DNA from: Pavona decussata
Lineage: Eukaryota
Direction: 5' to 3'
DNA: 64,000 nucleotides
Assembly: GCA_977016875.1 (NCBI GenBank)
Contig: CDRNST010000215.1
Location: 2,480,001 to 2,544,000 of the forward strand
The first letter of the stretch is position 1. Every line of letters starts with the position of its first letter. The notes under the pieces are model-generated. The model did not search any database and was not told the DNA's origin. It was given only the letters and a program-made list of their open reading frames with translations. Both the position numbers and the translations under genes were made by a program. Positions 35,057 through 48,100 of the stretch are shown piece by piece.

Positions 35057-38000
35057 CTAATCCTCTAATGGAACATTTCTAAAGAGATATCCCATGGACT
35101 CCCCATTGTGGATCCGACGGATGGCTTCAGCCAGCAGTGTGCTGATGTCCACTGTCTTGATCTTACTACATTGAGCCATCTTGGAGTCATGCGACACTGT
35201 GTTAGTGACAACAACCTGACAAAAGCAAAAACATAGGGAATCAGTAGAGCTAAATAGCCTTCAACAAATTGAACATAATTGAATTTTAAGACAGACAAAA
35301 AGAGTTGGGATGACTCGTCAATTAGTTATTTACTGGCAATTGCACTGTAGCTCTCCAATTTCCGTAGCATCGAGCAATTAAGAGGATTGCTTCTCCGCAC
35401 AGGATAAAATGCTAGTCCACTGAATGTTAACTGTCCCTCGCTTGGCTTTTTTAATGTTTTCCCAACGATTCACCAGCAGCCATTTACATGCATTTTAGGA
35501 GAAATGTTTTGTATATTACCCATCAAACACATAAAAAGTGAAACTCTAGTCATCCTGATCAAGTGTTTTTGAGTACAATCAAATTTAAAAGGGCCTTTCA
35601 CTTTCTGATCACGAAAAATAAAGGGCTGAGCATATAACCACCTTATGTCGAATTCTAGACCGATTTTTCGTTTTGCTCAAGTGTCTGAACTTTTTGCATG
35701 TGCAAGGCCGGTTGCATAAGAAAAATTGCAAGAAGTTTCAGAGAAGTTAGGAGCCCTACATGTGAAGTGTTAGGTGCTGCTGCAAAAAATTGGCACCCAT
35801 AACATTTTCTTGGGCGCCCCAGGCTAACGGGCACCTGTTAGGCAGCAGTCTTGTTGTGGCCTTTAATTTAGTCAGAGAAAATTGACCTGTTTTTTCTCTC
35901 CTAGTAATACTTAGTTTTCGAGAAAAACAAGGCCAAAATATCAAGTCAGCAGAAAAGAGTGGACCAACACACAATTTAGGTGAATTAAAAAAAGAAGACG
36001 AAACAGAGCTATGTTCTTTGATTAAATTGAAGGCCACACGTTCCCAGCCCTTTCACTGTTTTGCAATCAAATTTAATACACAGTCAGTGTAACTCTAACA
36101 TGTCTAGTCTCACTTTTCTAATCTCAAACAGCTGAAAATCTCAGTTACATGCTGAGCAACACAACACAGTATTTCACCTCGTCAATGACAGAGTCCTCAA
36201 TCAGGTCTGTAGCATTTGCTGACAAAAGCCCATGAGTTACCATCACTAAAATCTTGTATGCTCCACGTTCTTTTAAGAGCTTGGCAGCTGTGACAAAAGA
36301 TTCTGCTTCATCTATCATGTCATCCTGTAAGCAATGAAAACAAAACAGTTATCTTAAACGTTTTCTTTTTTTTTCTTTTTTTTTTTTTATTAGTCTTTCA
36401 CAGCACCAACATTTACAATGAATGTGTAAACTTCCAGGATTGTGTTTGTGGGGGACAAGATGTGGTGGGGAGGATAGATAGTATAATTTTAGTAGAAAGT
36501 TTAGTCTACTTCTAAAAGAAAGTAGGCAGAAGCGATAACCTCAGAGTAAAGGTGGCAAGGATTGGATGAAAAGCCTGTTAATGGGCTACAACTGATCTAC
36601 AGACCACTGGTCACCAGCTCCAGTTCTTGTGACATAAAGCAACTAGTAGTAGGGTTGTCAGTTTACATTTATACATCTGGCCCGGGTTGTTCAAAGAGCG
36701 GATAACGCTATCCAGTGGATAAACTGCTGTCAAGCAGATAAAATGTACTCCAACTAATACTCTTTGTCCCCTGGATAGCGACTTATCTGCTGGATAAAAT
36801 TATCTGCTCTTTGAACAACTGGGGCCTGGATAAAGAGAGGCAATGATGAGGCAAGCTTCTTGTCAAAGTAAATAACATGGCAATGCAGAGACAGACCTCT
36901 CAGTTTTTCATCTTTAGACACAAATGAATCATTTTTGGGCTGTTTTAAAAAGCAAATAAAGCAAACAACATGTATAATGCTCTAAAACACTCACAACTAT
37001 GATAGCTATCTTTCCTCCAACATCACCCACAACATTGATTGGTGGCTTAGCTTTGGGAAGAAATCCTGAAAAGAGGAGGGAAATTCATAGGATAATAATT
37101 ATTATCATTAATTTTATTATTGCTCTGTTATCCAAATTCAACAATACCTGCCCAATACTAAATATCCAAGAACAGACTAAACTAGACTTGAAGCACTAAA
37201 ATGGCAATAACTGCATTTAAACAAAGTCAGGGGTTTCAATAAGACTTAACATAGGAGTCTTCCCTAGTGTAGTATCCATCAGATAATGGCACAAGGGGTT
37301 GAAAGCCACATCCCTCTTGGAGAAGAATTTTTGACAACTGCAAAGCCTTGAATTACTGTTTCAGTATTTTGAGCAAAATGGCATGTTAGAACCATTGAGT
37401 ATTCTTTATTCCATTCTCAATAAAACAGTTTCATTTCACTTGCTTTGCACTATTGTACTGAATGCAAGAATTATAACCAGCTTTTCACAACAGAATACCT
37501 GCCAGAGCTCCAGTTGGTCATTTGTCGGCTGACTGTTAGCCATTTGTCGGCCAACCTTTTGCTGTTTGTTGACCAACAGTTGACTGTTTGTCGACCCACA
37601 GATTACTAACAGTTGGTGAACAGGTTTAAAGGGGGAGCTGTTTTTCAGTTTTACCAAAAGCATTGCTACCTAAGTTGAAGCTTAGAGTTTCAAGGTGACT
37701 ATTTACCTGGCAGATCCATGGCATGATCAGAAAATGTATAAGCAAATTTCTGTGATTCAGCTAATGCAGGTGGAGGTGACTGACGGCCATCAAGACGCTC
37801 ACTTTCAGGCTCCTTTTGTTCCCCATGAATTACAGCTAATCCAAGCCTTAAGCGCTCAGCAAAAGATGTGGCCCTTAAATACATCACACAATTACAGATT
37901 TGTTGGTATTTTGAATGAATTCTAACCCAATAATCCATGACAAAAATTATGCAACTTCACAAACATTTTTAACAAAACATTTATCAGTAAAATGTACTAG

Positions 38001-39631
38001 GTGACCAGGATTTGCCTTGTTTACTCCTCATACAGGTAGCTTTATATTAAGCCCACAAGTTTGTACCTAACTGACAAACATAGATTTTCTTTTTTACCTT
38101 ATAGCTGAACCAGGATTCCTGGCGACAATTACTGCATTTCTGAAGTCAGCAACCTTAAAATCAATACAACATTCCGTAACTTTCACAGCTGTGACAAATT
38201 AGTAAGTTTCAAGTAAAAAACAACAGCTGAAGGACATCATTTGAATTCTGGGGTCCCAGGTGAAAGTAAAAACAAAATAGAAAACAGCTGTAGTTAGCAA
38301 CAGTGTCTCCAACAAGGATCCTTTTCAAGACTACTGTGGCCTGGATAGACTTCTGAGATTCCTGGGTTTAGTAACAAAACCAATACCACCAAAAACAACA
38401 TTAACATCCATTAATATTTTCAAAACTTAGAAACAAGATGGATTCAGCCTGCAAGAAGAAAAGACTGAATCAAGGCAAGGGAAAAGTATACACAAATAAA
38501 AACGTAGAAAAATGTAGGATTATGTTAACTTATAATACAGCAACATCTGTAACCAGTTGAACCAACATTTCTTATTTAGTACTCTTACCTTATCTGTGAT
38601 GTACTGAACAAGGAATGGTGAAGCTCTCAGATTGTCAACTGGAGCATCATAAAATCCCTGAATTTCCTTGGAGTGCAGATCGACTGTTATGATGTTAGTA
38701 AGTCCTGTGGTGAAAATAAAAACAAGCTGCAATTCAGAGATATTCCATAAAGCAACAACAGTTATGTGAAGAACACAGAACCAGATTTAACTGAAATCCT
38801 TAAAAATTTACCAGGCGAAAACCCAGATACAAGGATGTACTTAATAAGTACTTTAACAGCCAAAATGTTTGGACTTCAGATGATAAACTTCAGACAAAAA
38901 ACTTCCAGATGATTTCTTGGCACATCTTGAATGATTTTTCTGGAAATTCTCGACTGAGCACCCTGCGAGGATATAACAGTGTAAATAGTGGTAAACTCAT
39001 TTATAACACAGCTCCATTTAGACAGTTAAATTCAAACACAACAACCTACTTGATATATCAATATATTTTGAGCAAAAACAGGTTTTTCATCGACTGTTTC
39101 CTGACTGTGGCAACCCTGATTAATACTCTATTCATGTAAAATTTGCTACCAATATCAAACACGCAAGCGAGAGAGAAAAGGGAAGCTGGCACAGCACAGA
39201 AAAGGAATTGTTTGCGTGGCTTCTAATCATACCTGCTTTGCACATAAGAGAAGCAACTAGCTTAGAAGGAATTGATCCTCTTTTGACCATTTTACTTTGT
39301 TTGGAGTATGGCAGGTATGGAATAACACCTGCAAACATAAATGGTTCAAAAATGTTACAAACTACCAACAGGGTTTAGTCTAGTAATTATTGGCTTCTGA
39401 GGGCAGGGCCCATTTTAGGCTCCTGTCAGAGATTTCACAGGGCATTTTGTCATGAAAAGGGGCCCCAAGATATTTCAGCCTCTTAGCATCCTAGCTTTAG
39501 CTAGTTGCAAAGAGCAATGAAATAACTTGATCCCTTTGTACGACAAAACCTCTTGTCTCCATGGAGTATAGGCCTGGGCACAGCACTGGGGCAAAGGTTG
39601 TAACTATGTAATAATAATAATAATAATAATG

Positions 39632-39675
<44 letters not shown>

Positions 39676-42600
39676 CTTTATTTCCGCCTTTTTTTTAATG
39701 TACATAGTTGATTGTTACAATCTTGTAGTGGTAATACATAGAATTAAATTAATTATTAGTTAAAATAATGTGCAAGCAAGGAAGCTTAATGAACCATTTG
39801 GTTATCTTGTTAGCTCCCTGGCTAATTTAGGTTCTAGATAGGGGCAAAAAAGGCAAAAACAAAAATGAAAAAGCACCAATACTGCATTTACTTGAATAAG
39901 CGCCGCCCTCCAATAAGCAAAATAAAAAAGTTAATAAGCACTGCAGCCCGATGCGGTGCTTATTCGAGGAATTCAGTATATACTACAAAGTTAGTCTAAC
40001 ACAGCATTGAAAATTTATTTTTATCAAAAGCGATGTTCTTCAGTTGCAATACGTAGTTCTGTTGTCAAGGCCGTGAACATTGCCGGCACAACAAGCCCAA
40101 CCTCTCTCTTCCTTTTTCCAGTTACTTGTGCAAAGAGTGACAATAAAAAGACGCTTCAGTTAGTTACTGTTAAATTTTCATTCAGATAGCAAATATACCG
40201 TTAAATTAAAAGAAAAAATTTCTTTGTCGCATCCAACTGTCAAATAAACGCCGCCCTCAAATAAGCGACACATTTGAGGCACAAAAAATTTAATAGGTGC
40301 TGCGGCGCTTATTCAAGTAAATATGGTATATTTTTATTTGTGGTAATCCCACAATGCTAACTCTAGAATAACCCCTGTACTATCAATGTGCCAAATGAAT
40401 ATAAAATGTAATAAAGAGAAAAGTTTCATGCCTACCAGTAATCCTCCTGGCACAGGATGTTCTACAGGCATAGGCCAAAATAAACAATTCCATCAGAGCA
40501 TCATTCACATCAAGAGCCTCTCTTGAAAGGAAAATGCCATTGATAATAATATGTTAGAAGTGATATCCTGGCCACTGTTCTTGACTTTCACTTTTGGATA
40601 AAACTGACATATCCTCACAGTGCTTTTTTCTACTTAAGAACATCATAAAGGTGCTAATGAAATGCTGAGGTTAAAAAATTTCGAGGCTCGTAAAAATTTA
40701 TTATGCCTTTTCTCTAGGACTCAACCTGGATCCAAAGAAGACAGTTTTAAGGTTTTAAACTCGAACTCTGACCAACATTGAACTTCTCCTTACAACATCA
40801 CCACTTGATCAAACAACATAAGAATAGAGTAAAAATTAGATTTCCAAATGTGGAATGTGGTGTACTGGCAGGGCTGTCATTAAGAAGTGGGGGCCGGGAA
40901 TTTCCCCCAGTTACTAAGAACGTGGCCCCCGGCTATTTTCATAAGAAAATAGAAGAAAAATAGAACCAAAAGAAATTCTTAGCTGTTTGATTTCCCGCTT
41001 ACCTGTTGTATTGATCCAGCAACTTGAAATCTTAGTGACAGCCCTGACTGGGTACGAGTATAAGGACACGTTTACATTGGGGAATGTAAGTAAGCGAGAG
41101 AGAATTGAAATAGAAAGCATAATAGCGGACCTTAGTGTGTCTCAGTGACTGTGTCTGACTCAGTGAAGTGATTGCTATTCAGTTTTACTTTGCTGTGGTT
41201 CTGTCCAATCTTCCCAATCTCACAAAATAGATGCTGTCAAGAGGGTTTGTTAAATTCTCCTTTGACAAGAAGAAAAAGAGTTAGTCCTGGAGGTATATTC
41301 TATCTCTTACCCAAGCCCTGACTGTATAATGTATACATCCCTTCCACGCACTGACACTCCTATCTGTACTTTGGTCTCTGAAAGGAATAAATGCAAATAA
41401 CTTACATAAAAACAGGCTAACATGTCTAACTACATATAAACGCTAAAAACTTACATAAAAATATTTTTTTCATTCTTTGCAACTCTTTGGAAACATTCAG
41501 AAATTGTTGAAACATCTTCTGAAAACCAGGTAATGTGAGGATGAACATTTATGCATTTGACTTGGTAAAAGTTGGTAGGTATAAGCTTAACAATCCCTAC
41601 AGAATTTCAGTCCCCTAGGTTTAGTAGCCTTCCTTTAGCATCAAGCTGAGCAGGTGGATCATCCTTGCAGACAGATCAACCAAGCACCACATATTTTCTA
41701 CATTTGGTTTACATTGAGAGGGTTGAAATATTTATTAATCCTCTTGCCACAAATGATCCTGCTACTAGGACTATCTTAATAAGAGAGGTGGGATCATCCA
41801 AGCCTTGCAAACCCTTCAACTTTTTGTCATGCTGGCTCCATCTAAGTTGTGATGTATTTCAAAAAATTTCAAACAAAAAAGTTTCCTTTTCAGAATCGAA
41901 AATTTATATTTAGATGTGAGCTTATATTTAGGTAGCTCGTATCTAAATATAAATTTTCAATCCTGAAAAGGAAACTTTTTTGTTTGAAATACAATATGAC
42001 AGGATCAAGAAACAACTTTTTCTCTAACATATTTCAAAAAATTTAGCTTCTAAGCTTCATCTTCAATTTAAATTCCTCCCCAAGAAGAGACCATCGGGGG
42101 AGGATTGCAAGTTCTTTGCAAACCTCCTAAAAAGTCTGTATACAAAATTTGAATAACAGCACCTAGTTTGAAAGTTGAAATGAAGTTATGTAGGTTGACA
42201 TAACCTGAACTTAGAGTTACACAAATTGGTTTTAGCACCAAAATAATATAATTTTTCATTACAAGTTTCACGGTGCTTCACTCCTCTCATATGCTTGTAA
42301 ACCCAAGCAAACTTGTACCTCATGCTCAAAGATCCTCAAATTGCAAGGAGATTCTTTAGCAGGCAATGCTTAACATTAATAAGCAAATATATAAATTTAT
42401 TGTAATTTTAAAGTTACTGCTGTAGTAATACTTATTGAAGTGAAAATGACAGATATTTTTTTTATTTGCTTGATTGAATCTTCATGTTGTCCTTGTATGA
42501 AGGAAGAAGGAAGGAAGGAAAACCAGGAAGACCATATTTGTACATAATTATGATACCGTGAATAAATAAAAATTTATAAACCTTATTCCAAAATGGCTTC

Positions 42601-43022
42601 CATTTTAATATTCTTTTGTTCGCAATCAAATTCGCTTAAGAACAGGGTAAGAAGGGATAATTTGAATACAACCAAAAGAATATTAAAATGGTAGTCATTT
42701 TGGAGTGAGGTGTATGATGATAATGATGATGATGCTGTGAGGATGATAATGATGATGATGATGTGAGGATGATAATGATGATGATGATAAAGAGGGCCAA
42801 CATAAAACTATCACCTTGGTTCTGAAATTTTCCCACATCACACTGGGCAAGCTCTATACCAAGCTTCCTAAAGACAACGAAGTAAACACAAAATCAAGAA
42901 AGAGTAAGCAACCAACCAGATGAGAAATCGAAAACACAGTTTACTAACCTCGCTATCTTCTCCGATAATTCCTTGTTCGAACTTAGTGCAAACACGATCA
43001 AACCGCTTTGGGCAGGATTCAT
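35057..43022 (-). CDS. PRPSAP2: Phosphoribosyl pyrophosphate synthase-associated protein (PRPSAP1/2 co-ortholog), about 363 aa
   Basis: Eleven phase-consistent exons: 43022-42949, 42867-42815, 41377-41311, 40521-40436, 39328-39233, 38704-38589, 38153-38098, 37873-37707, 37065-36995, 36324-36178, 35215-35057. Diagnostic [24 protein letters not shown] insert, [29 protein letters not shown]. Confidence 0.93.
36679..36826. mobile_element. Short MITE, GGCCC..GTTGTTCAAAG family
   Basis: GGCCCGGGTTGTTCAAAGAGCGGATAA and TTATCTGCTCTTTGAACAACTGGGGCC. Confidence 0.75.
39608..39675. repeat. (AAT)n microsatellite, probably the tail of a minus-strand LINE 3' end
   Basis: About 22 AAT units followed by CTTTATT (AATAAAG on minus). 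Confidence 0.85.
39880..40328. mobile_element. Tc1/mariner (pogo-like) MITE, TA-flanked
   Basis: TACTGCATTTACTTGAATAAGCGCCGC and GCGGCGCTTATTCAAGTAAATATGGTA. Confidence 0.8.
40869..41046. mobile_element. Short CAG...CTG MITE with 5-bp TSD (hAT5-like)
   Basis: CAGGGCTGTCATTAAGA and TCTTAGTGACAGCCCTG; TSD ACTGG. Confidence 0.8.
41865..41990. repeat. AT-rich inverted repeat with roughly 58-bp arms
   Basis: ATTTCAAACAAAAAAGTTTCCTTTTCAG...AGCT and AGCT...CTGAAAAGGAAACTTTTTTGTTTGAAAT. Confidence 0.8.
42714..42790. repeat. Imperfect (GAT)n microsatellite
   Basis: Run of ATG/GAT triplets in PRPSAP intron. Confidence 0.85.
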
Positions 43023-43215
43023 TCTATACCTGAAAGAAGATAAAATCAGGCACTATCTTTAGCCTCAGTTTTGTGGCATTAGTCAAAGAAAAGACAAACG
43101 AAACAAGAACTTTACGAGGTAGCCATTCTTCAATTTTGCACCATGCCAGAACACACTTCCCGCCAACCTGAGAAACCAAGCCTCTGGCAAGAGGAGTGGT
43201 TACCTGGTAATCAAG
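43023..43215. promoter_or_regulatory. Divergent or overlapping 5' region PRPSAP/METTL18
   Basis: 193 bp between start codons; minus-strand acceptor TCTTCTTTCAG just upstream of the PRPSAP ATG; YY1-like AAGATGGCGG over the METTL18 ATG. Confidence 0.65.
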
Positions 43216-44190
43216 ATGGCGGAATTCAAGTTCAATTTTGCGTCCACAGAAAGCGATGATGAAACGGATATTTCTCCTAATGAAACTGATTCAAAGCGGT
43301 TCTCTCAACCTGAAAATGTACGCCAAGCAAAGGAGATAGTGATTTCGTCTAATTTTCTTTCATATCTTCCTTCAAAGGTGGAAGAAATGGTAATCGGTGA
43401 TGGAAGTGTCACGATCAAGCACGTGAGTGAATCGAACGTGGAGGCTGTTCTAAAAGAGAAAGGAGGCCGAGGATGTTCCAGTTATGATATTGTAACAGCT
43501 GCTGAATGTAGCACTGACTTGATTCCTTCGGTTTATGAAGGTGGGCTTAAAATTTGGGAATGTAGCGTTGATTTGATAGGGTATTTGATGGAGAGTGGAA
43601 TAAAATTTGAAGGAAAACGCGTTTTGGAAATCGGCTGTGGAGCTGGCTTACCAGGAATATTTACTCTTTTGCAAGGAGCGGAAGTTGATTTTCAAGATTA
43701 CAATGAGGATGTCATCGAGTATGTCACAATTCCCAATGTGCTGCTGAATTTGGAGCAGATAAGAAAGGGCAAAGCAGGTGAATCAGATTCAAGAATAACA
43801 TTGAATCTCCTGCAAGCAGCCCGTGAGAGGTGCCACTTCTTCTCTGGGGACTGGGCAAGTGTCATAGATTTTATCAACCCGGAGCTAGTCGAGGAAAAGA
43901 TGTATGATGTTGTTTTAACTTCAGAAACAATCTACTCCCTTGACTCCTATTCTAAGTTGTACAACTTTATTAAAAGGCATTTGAAGAAACCTGATGGTGT
44001 TGCATTAGTGGCAGCCAAAACACATTATTTTGGAGTAGGTGGAGGAACGAGGAGTTTTGAGGAGATGGTAAAGATGGATGGTGTGTTTGATATATCAGTG
44101 TGTAAGGTGTACAGCGATGGTGTACAACGGGAAATTTTGTGTATGAGGTCTAACATAGAGGATACTAAACAGCTTATAAAGAAAAAATAA
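43216..44190 (+). CDS. METTL18: Histidine protein methyltransferase 1 homolog (single coding exon, 324 aa)
   Basis: N-terminal FKFNF, DLIPSVYEGGLKIWECSVDL, SAM motif VLEIGCGAGLPG, FQDYN, FFSGDW, TSETIY, AAKTHYFGVGGG, GVQREIL. Confidence 0.95.
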   Translation: MAEFKFNFASTESDDETDISPNETDSKRFSQPENVRQAKEIVISSNFLSYLPSKVEEMVIGDGSVTIKHVSESNVEAVLKEKGGRGCSSYDIVTAAECSTDLIPSVYEGGLKIWECSVDLIGYLMESGIKFEGKRVLEIGCGAGLPGIFTLLQGAEVDFQDYNEDVIEYVTIPNVLLNLEQIRKGKAGESDSRITLNLLQAARERCHFFSGDWASVIDFINPELVEEKMYDVVLTSETIYSLDSYSKLYNFIKRHLKKPDGVALVAAKTHYFGVGGGTRSFEEMVKMDGVFDISVCKVYSDGVQREILCMRSNIEDTKQLIKKK

Positions 44191-45145
44191 ATGGAGAAAG
44201 AGATTTATGTTTTATGGGAAGGTAGCCTCCCTCACAGATGCTTTTTTGGCTTGTCACACAACTTTCCTCTCATTGGGGAGGGAAGATTGCATGACAAACC
44301 AAAAGGGTGTCTGTGAGGGAAGCTAACAGGAAGGGTGTGAATAATAAAATTGAACCGTAATAAAGTGTTCTTTTCCAGTTTTTGTTCCATTTGTATAACC
44401 TGATCATGTCCCTTCTGTGGAGTTCCCTGAAAATGATTCACTTCTTGGTTATGTGAAACCTGAAATAATAGCAAAAAAATGGCTGATCATTGAGCTTATA
44501 TAATTCCGACCTTGAAATGAAGAAAGGAAAAACTAATTCAGGGTGCCGTTATGATTTTAGTATTGATAAGGTATGTATTTTGAAAAATAAAATGCAAAAA
44601 CCATACAAAATAGGGTAAAAAAAAATGACTTAAATAGTACAATATTTTAGCCATCCTCAGAGACTTAGTCACCCACCCTGACTGACTCTCAACAACAATA
44701 ACAACAACAACAACTTATTAAATATTCATATCTTTTACAGGAATACACACAGCCTGCATATAGCAGAGCTAATCGAGGCGGGCTGTGTGAGTTAATAATT
44801 ATTACAAACAGAAAATTACAAACATGCTGGCAAATGGAAAACTTAACCCCTCCCCCAGGAAAAATCGGGGGGAGAGACGTGTCCCACTCCCTGATTTTTC
44901 TTGAGGGGAGGGGGCAGGTGTACACAGGCTACAGCCCCCCGACTCCCCTAGCCTTGGGTCTGAGAAATGATGCCACTAGCTTTCCTCCAACACCAGTTAT
45001 CCTCTCTTAAAGAAAGGGAGGATAGCACAACTATAGAAAAATATAATTTCCTAATAGTGCCATGTCAGTACCAGCATCCTGGTTGGTCAGAAATCCCACT
45101 CTTTTTCTGTATTGCGTGACAACTTGCGTGATTGATGGGGTAAAG

Positions 45146-48100
45146 ATGGCGTGAGCTCTCCACACCAAAGTGTATCATGGGTAATTTCCAACATGGCAGT
45201 TCCAGCAGGTGTATGCATAATGCTGTCTCTCTGGTAGCTCACTTTGGATATGGTTAAAACCAATGGGAAGCATCTTAGAATGGCGAGGCGATGCCTACCA
45301 AGTTCTTGCTTGCTGTGGAATTTTCATTTTACTCTCCTGGGTTCTAACAAAGCTCCTTGGTCTGACATGGAAGCGGGGTTTTCGTGTTGGCGATCCTCAC
45401 AAAGGTCATCGATGGTTTATGACAGAAATCCTCGATAAACCAACTTATTGTAACTTCTGCGAACGTCCTCTAGTCAGAGGAGGGTACTGTGAGAACTGTG
45501 CGATTACAGTTCACGAGGAATGCATCGATGGTGCGACAAAAAAATTTGCTTGCAAAGTGCTGGTTCTTTCAAAGAGGAATTACATGAACCATCAATGGGT
45601 ACGAGGTAATTTGCCTCTCTGCAGTACGTGTAGTGTCTGTGGTTTTCATTGCGGCACAGAACCTAGATTATGTGATCTTAGATGTCTGTGGTGTCAGGAC
45701 AAAACCCATGATCAGTGTCTTCGTAGCAAACCAAACGTGTGCGACTTTGGAAAATACAGAACGTTAATTTTGCCTCCACATTGCATCAGTTTGACAGTTG
45801 AAAGTTGGCGAAGTAAGAAGAGATTTGTTGTTCGTGAAGTTAATCCACCGCCGATTAAAAACTGGAGTCCGTTACTTGTATTTGCTAACTGTAAGAGTGG
45901 AGATAATGAAGGAGAGAGATTATTAATGGCATTCAAAAGCTTACTGAACCCAGTACAGGTAAAAGTCATGCTGATGTATTTAACATCAGTTCAAGCCTGA
46001 ATATTTTTTTAAAGCTTTCTTTCGGCAATTACTTAAGGAGGTTCGAAAGGGTTGTTATCCGCGTCCGCGTAACCCACCCGCACCATAACTAAGATGTACG
46101 CGTCAGTGGAATACATCAAAATGTCTGTCAAAAGTTGCATGTGCATAACACTGGAAGTGAAAATGCAGCGTAAAAATTATCGTGCAAATCGGGAATAAAA
46201 GTTGCAGGAAACATTTGTTTTTATCTCGAAATTTTCTGTGGTGACCTATCTTGATTTTTTCCATGCATGCAAAATTCAGTATGCCACTTCAAAATATAGA
46301 AACATTTGTACGAAAGTTATCCGGTAGAATTTTCTGATTGTGAAAAAATGTCTTTTTGGAAATAACGTAAGATCTACTGGATAACTTTTTGTCATATAAT
46401 TTGTCAGAGGAGTTGAAGAATGTAGGGTTCTTTCCAACAAAGCAATAAAAACAGGTCACTGACTTAGTAGTCTCCTACGCAGCCGCATTGCGTGACGAGC
46501 CTAAAAACGGCTGCGTGGGAGACTACTGACTTAGAGATAATTTGCAAAAACTGAAATTTAGAGGTCCTTTCTGTAGAGCTGACATGTTGCCATGGTAACT
46601 GTGATGATGTCAGAGATAGCCTAAAAGTATTGCTCAAACGACTGGGTTCCAAAGATGCTTACAGTTTGTCCACATGATCAGATGCAATTTTTTGCACTCC
46701 TTCATCATTTCACAAACACCACAACAATGAAAAACCCTTACCTCTTTATGCTTCCTTAAGTTGCATACATAACTGCGCTGGCCATTCACTTATTCATCCA
46801 CAGTTCAAATATATGTATTTCATATATAATGTTTACCTTCATAATAATAATAATATCATTCACTGAAGCAAAGTGTAAGAAAGCATGTTGGTGAGTATAT
46901 TTATCCCAAGGCAAGGATGAAGTTGGGGTAAATATTTAGCAATAATTTCTAAGCCTGAGGGAAATAATTATTTTTATAGCTTAAAATCATATCTATATTA
47001 TAGATAAAATAGCACAGCCTATGTTTCCAGACAAAACTAGTTGAATTGAATTAAAATTAAAATTTCAGCAGTCATCAAACTATCAATTACGACCACTGAT
47101 TCTAGAAACGATGTCTAATAATTTGAAACACTTTTTTTGTGTAGCTGGTAATTTATGCTAAACCAATCAGAATGCATAACCTTGTTTGGACTAGCTAGGA
47201 AAAGCATTTTACAAGCTGCCTATATTATTTGCATGGCTAATTAGAAATATCTCAACTGTTTCTCAGCCCACAATAATATTGTATCTTCTTAAAGATTGGT
47301 AGAATGTAACATATTTTTATTTAGGCCTTTTGTTCAACATTAACCCAGTTCAGCCATCTTAATATTTACCTTTCTGTATCTAGGTAGTAGATCTTCATGA
47401 GGTTCCCCCTGAATCTGCACTGGAATTTTGTAAGTTACTGTCTGATCACCGGACACGTATTCTTATCTGTGGTGGTGATGGCAGTGTTGGATGGGTTCTT
47501 GGTGCCTTGGATAAAGTCAAAATTAAGGTTTGTAAATCTTTACATTATTGCTCTTGCCTGTCTTTGACTTTATAAATAGAGGATTTATGTGAGCAGCCTA
47601 CCTCTCTCCTGCTCCCTCCCCTAATTATTTTTCCCATAAAAATTAGGCTAGATGCAAGCAAATATTCTAGTCAGAAAAATTTCGCTACTGCTCCCTCCCC
47701 TAACCTCTGTTTTGAACAAAAATTAGACCAGGGGTAAGAAAATATTCTTGTCAGGAAAACTTCACTGCAAACCCTGGTGTGTAAGAAAATCCACCACTGC
47801 ATTATGTGTACAGTGTTGTGCTAAATAGAATCTTGGATACTAGAGATTGAAGAAGCTGTGTTTTTTATTTGAAGGTAGGGTGGCGTAAGATTAAAGAAAA
47901 AAAAAAGACATGCTCATATCTGGCAAAGAATACTTTTCTAATCAATGATGAATTTTTTTGTCTATAGCTGCCTCCACACATTGCCATTCTTCCACTGGGC
48001 ACTGGTAATGACCTGGCACGTGTTTTGGGATGGGGCAGTGGTTATACAGGAGAAGAAGATGTCAGTGAGATACTGACATCTGTCATGACAGCTAGAGTGA

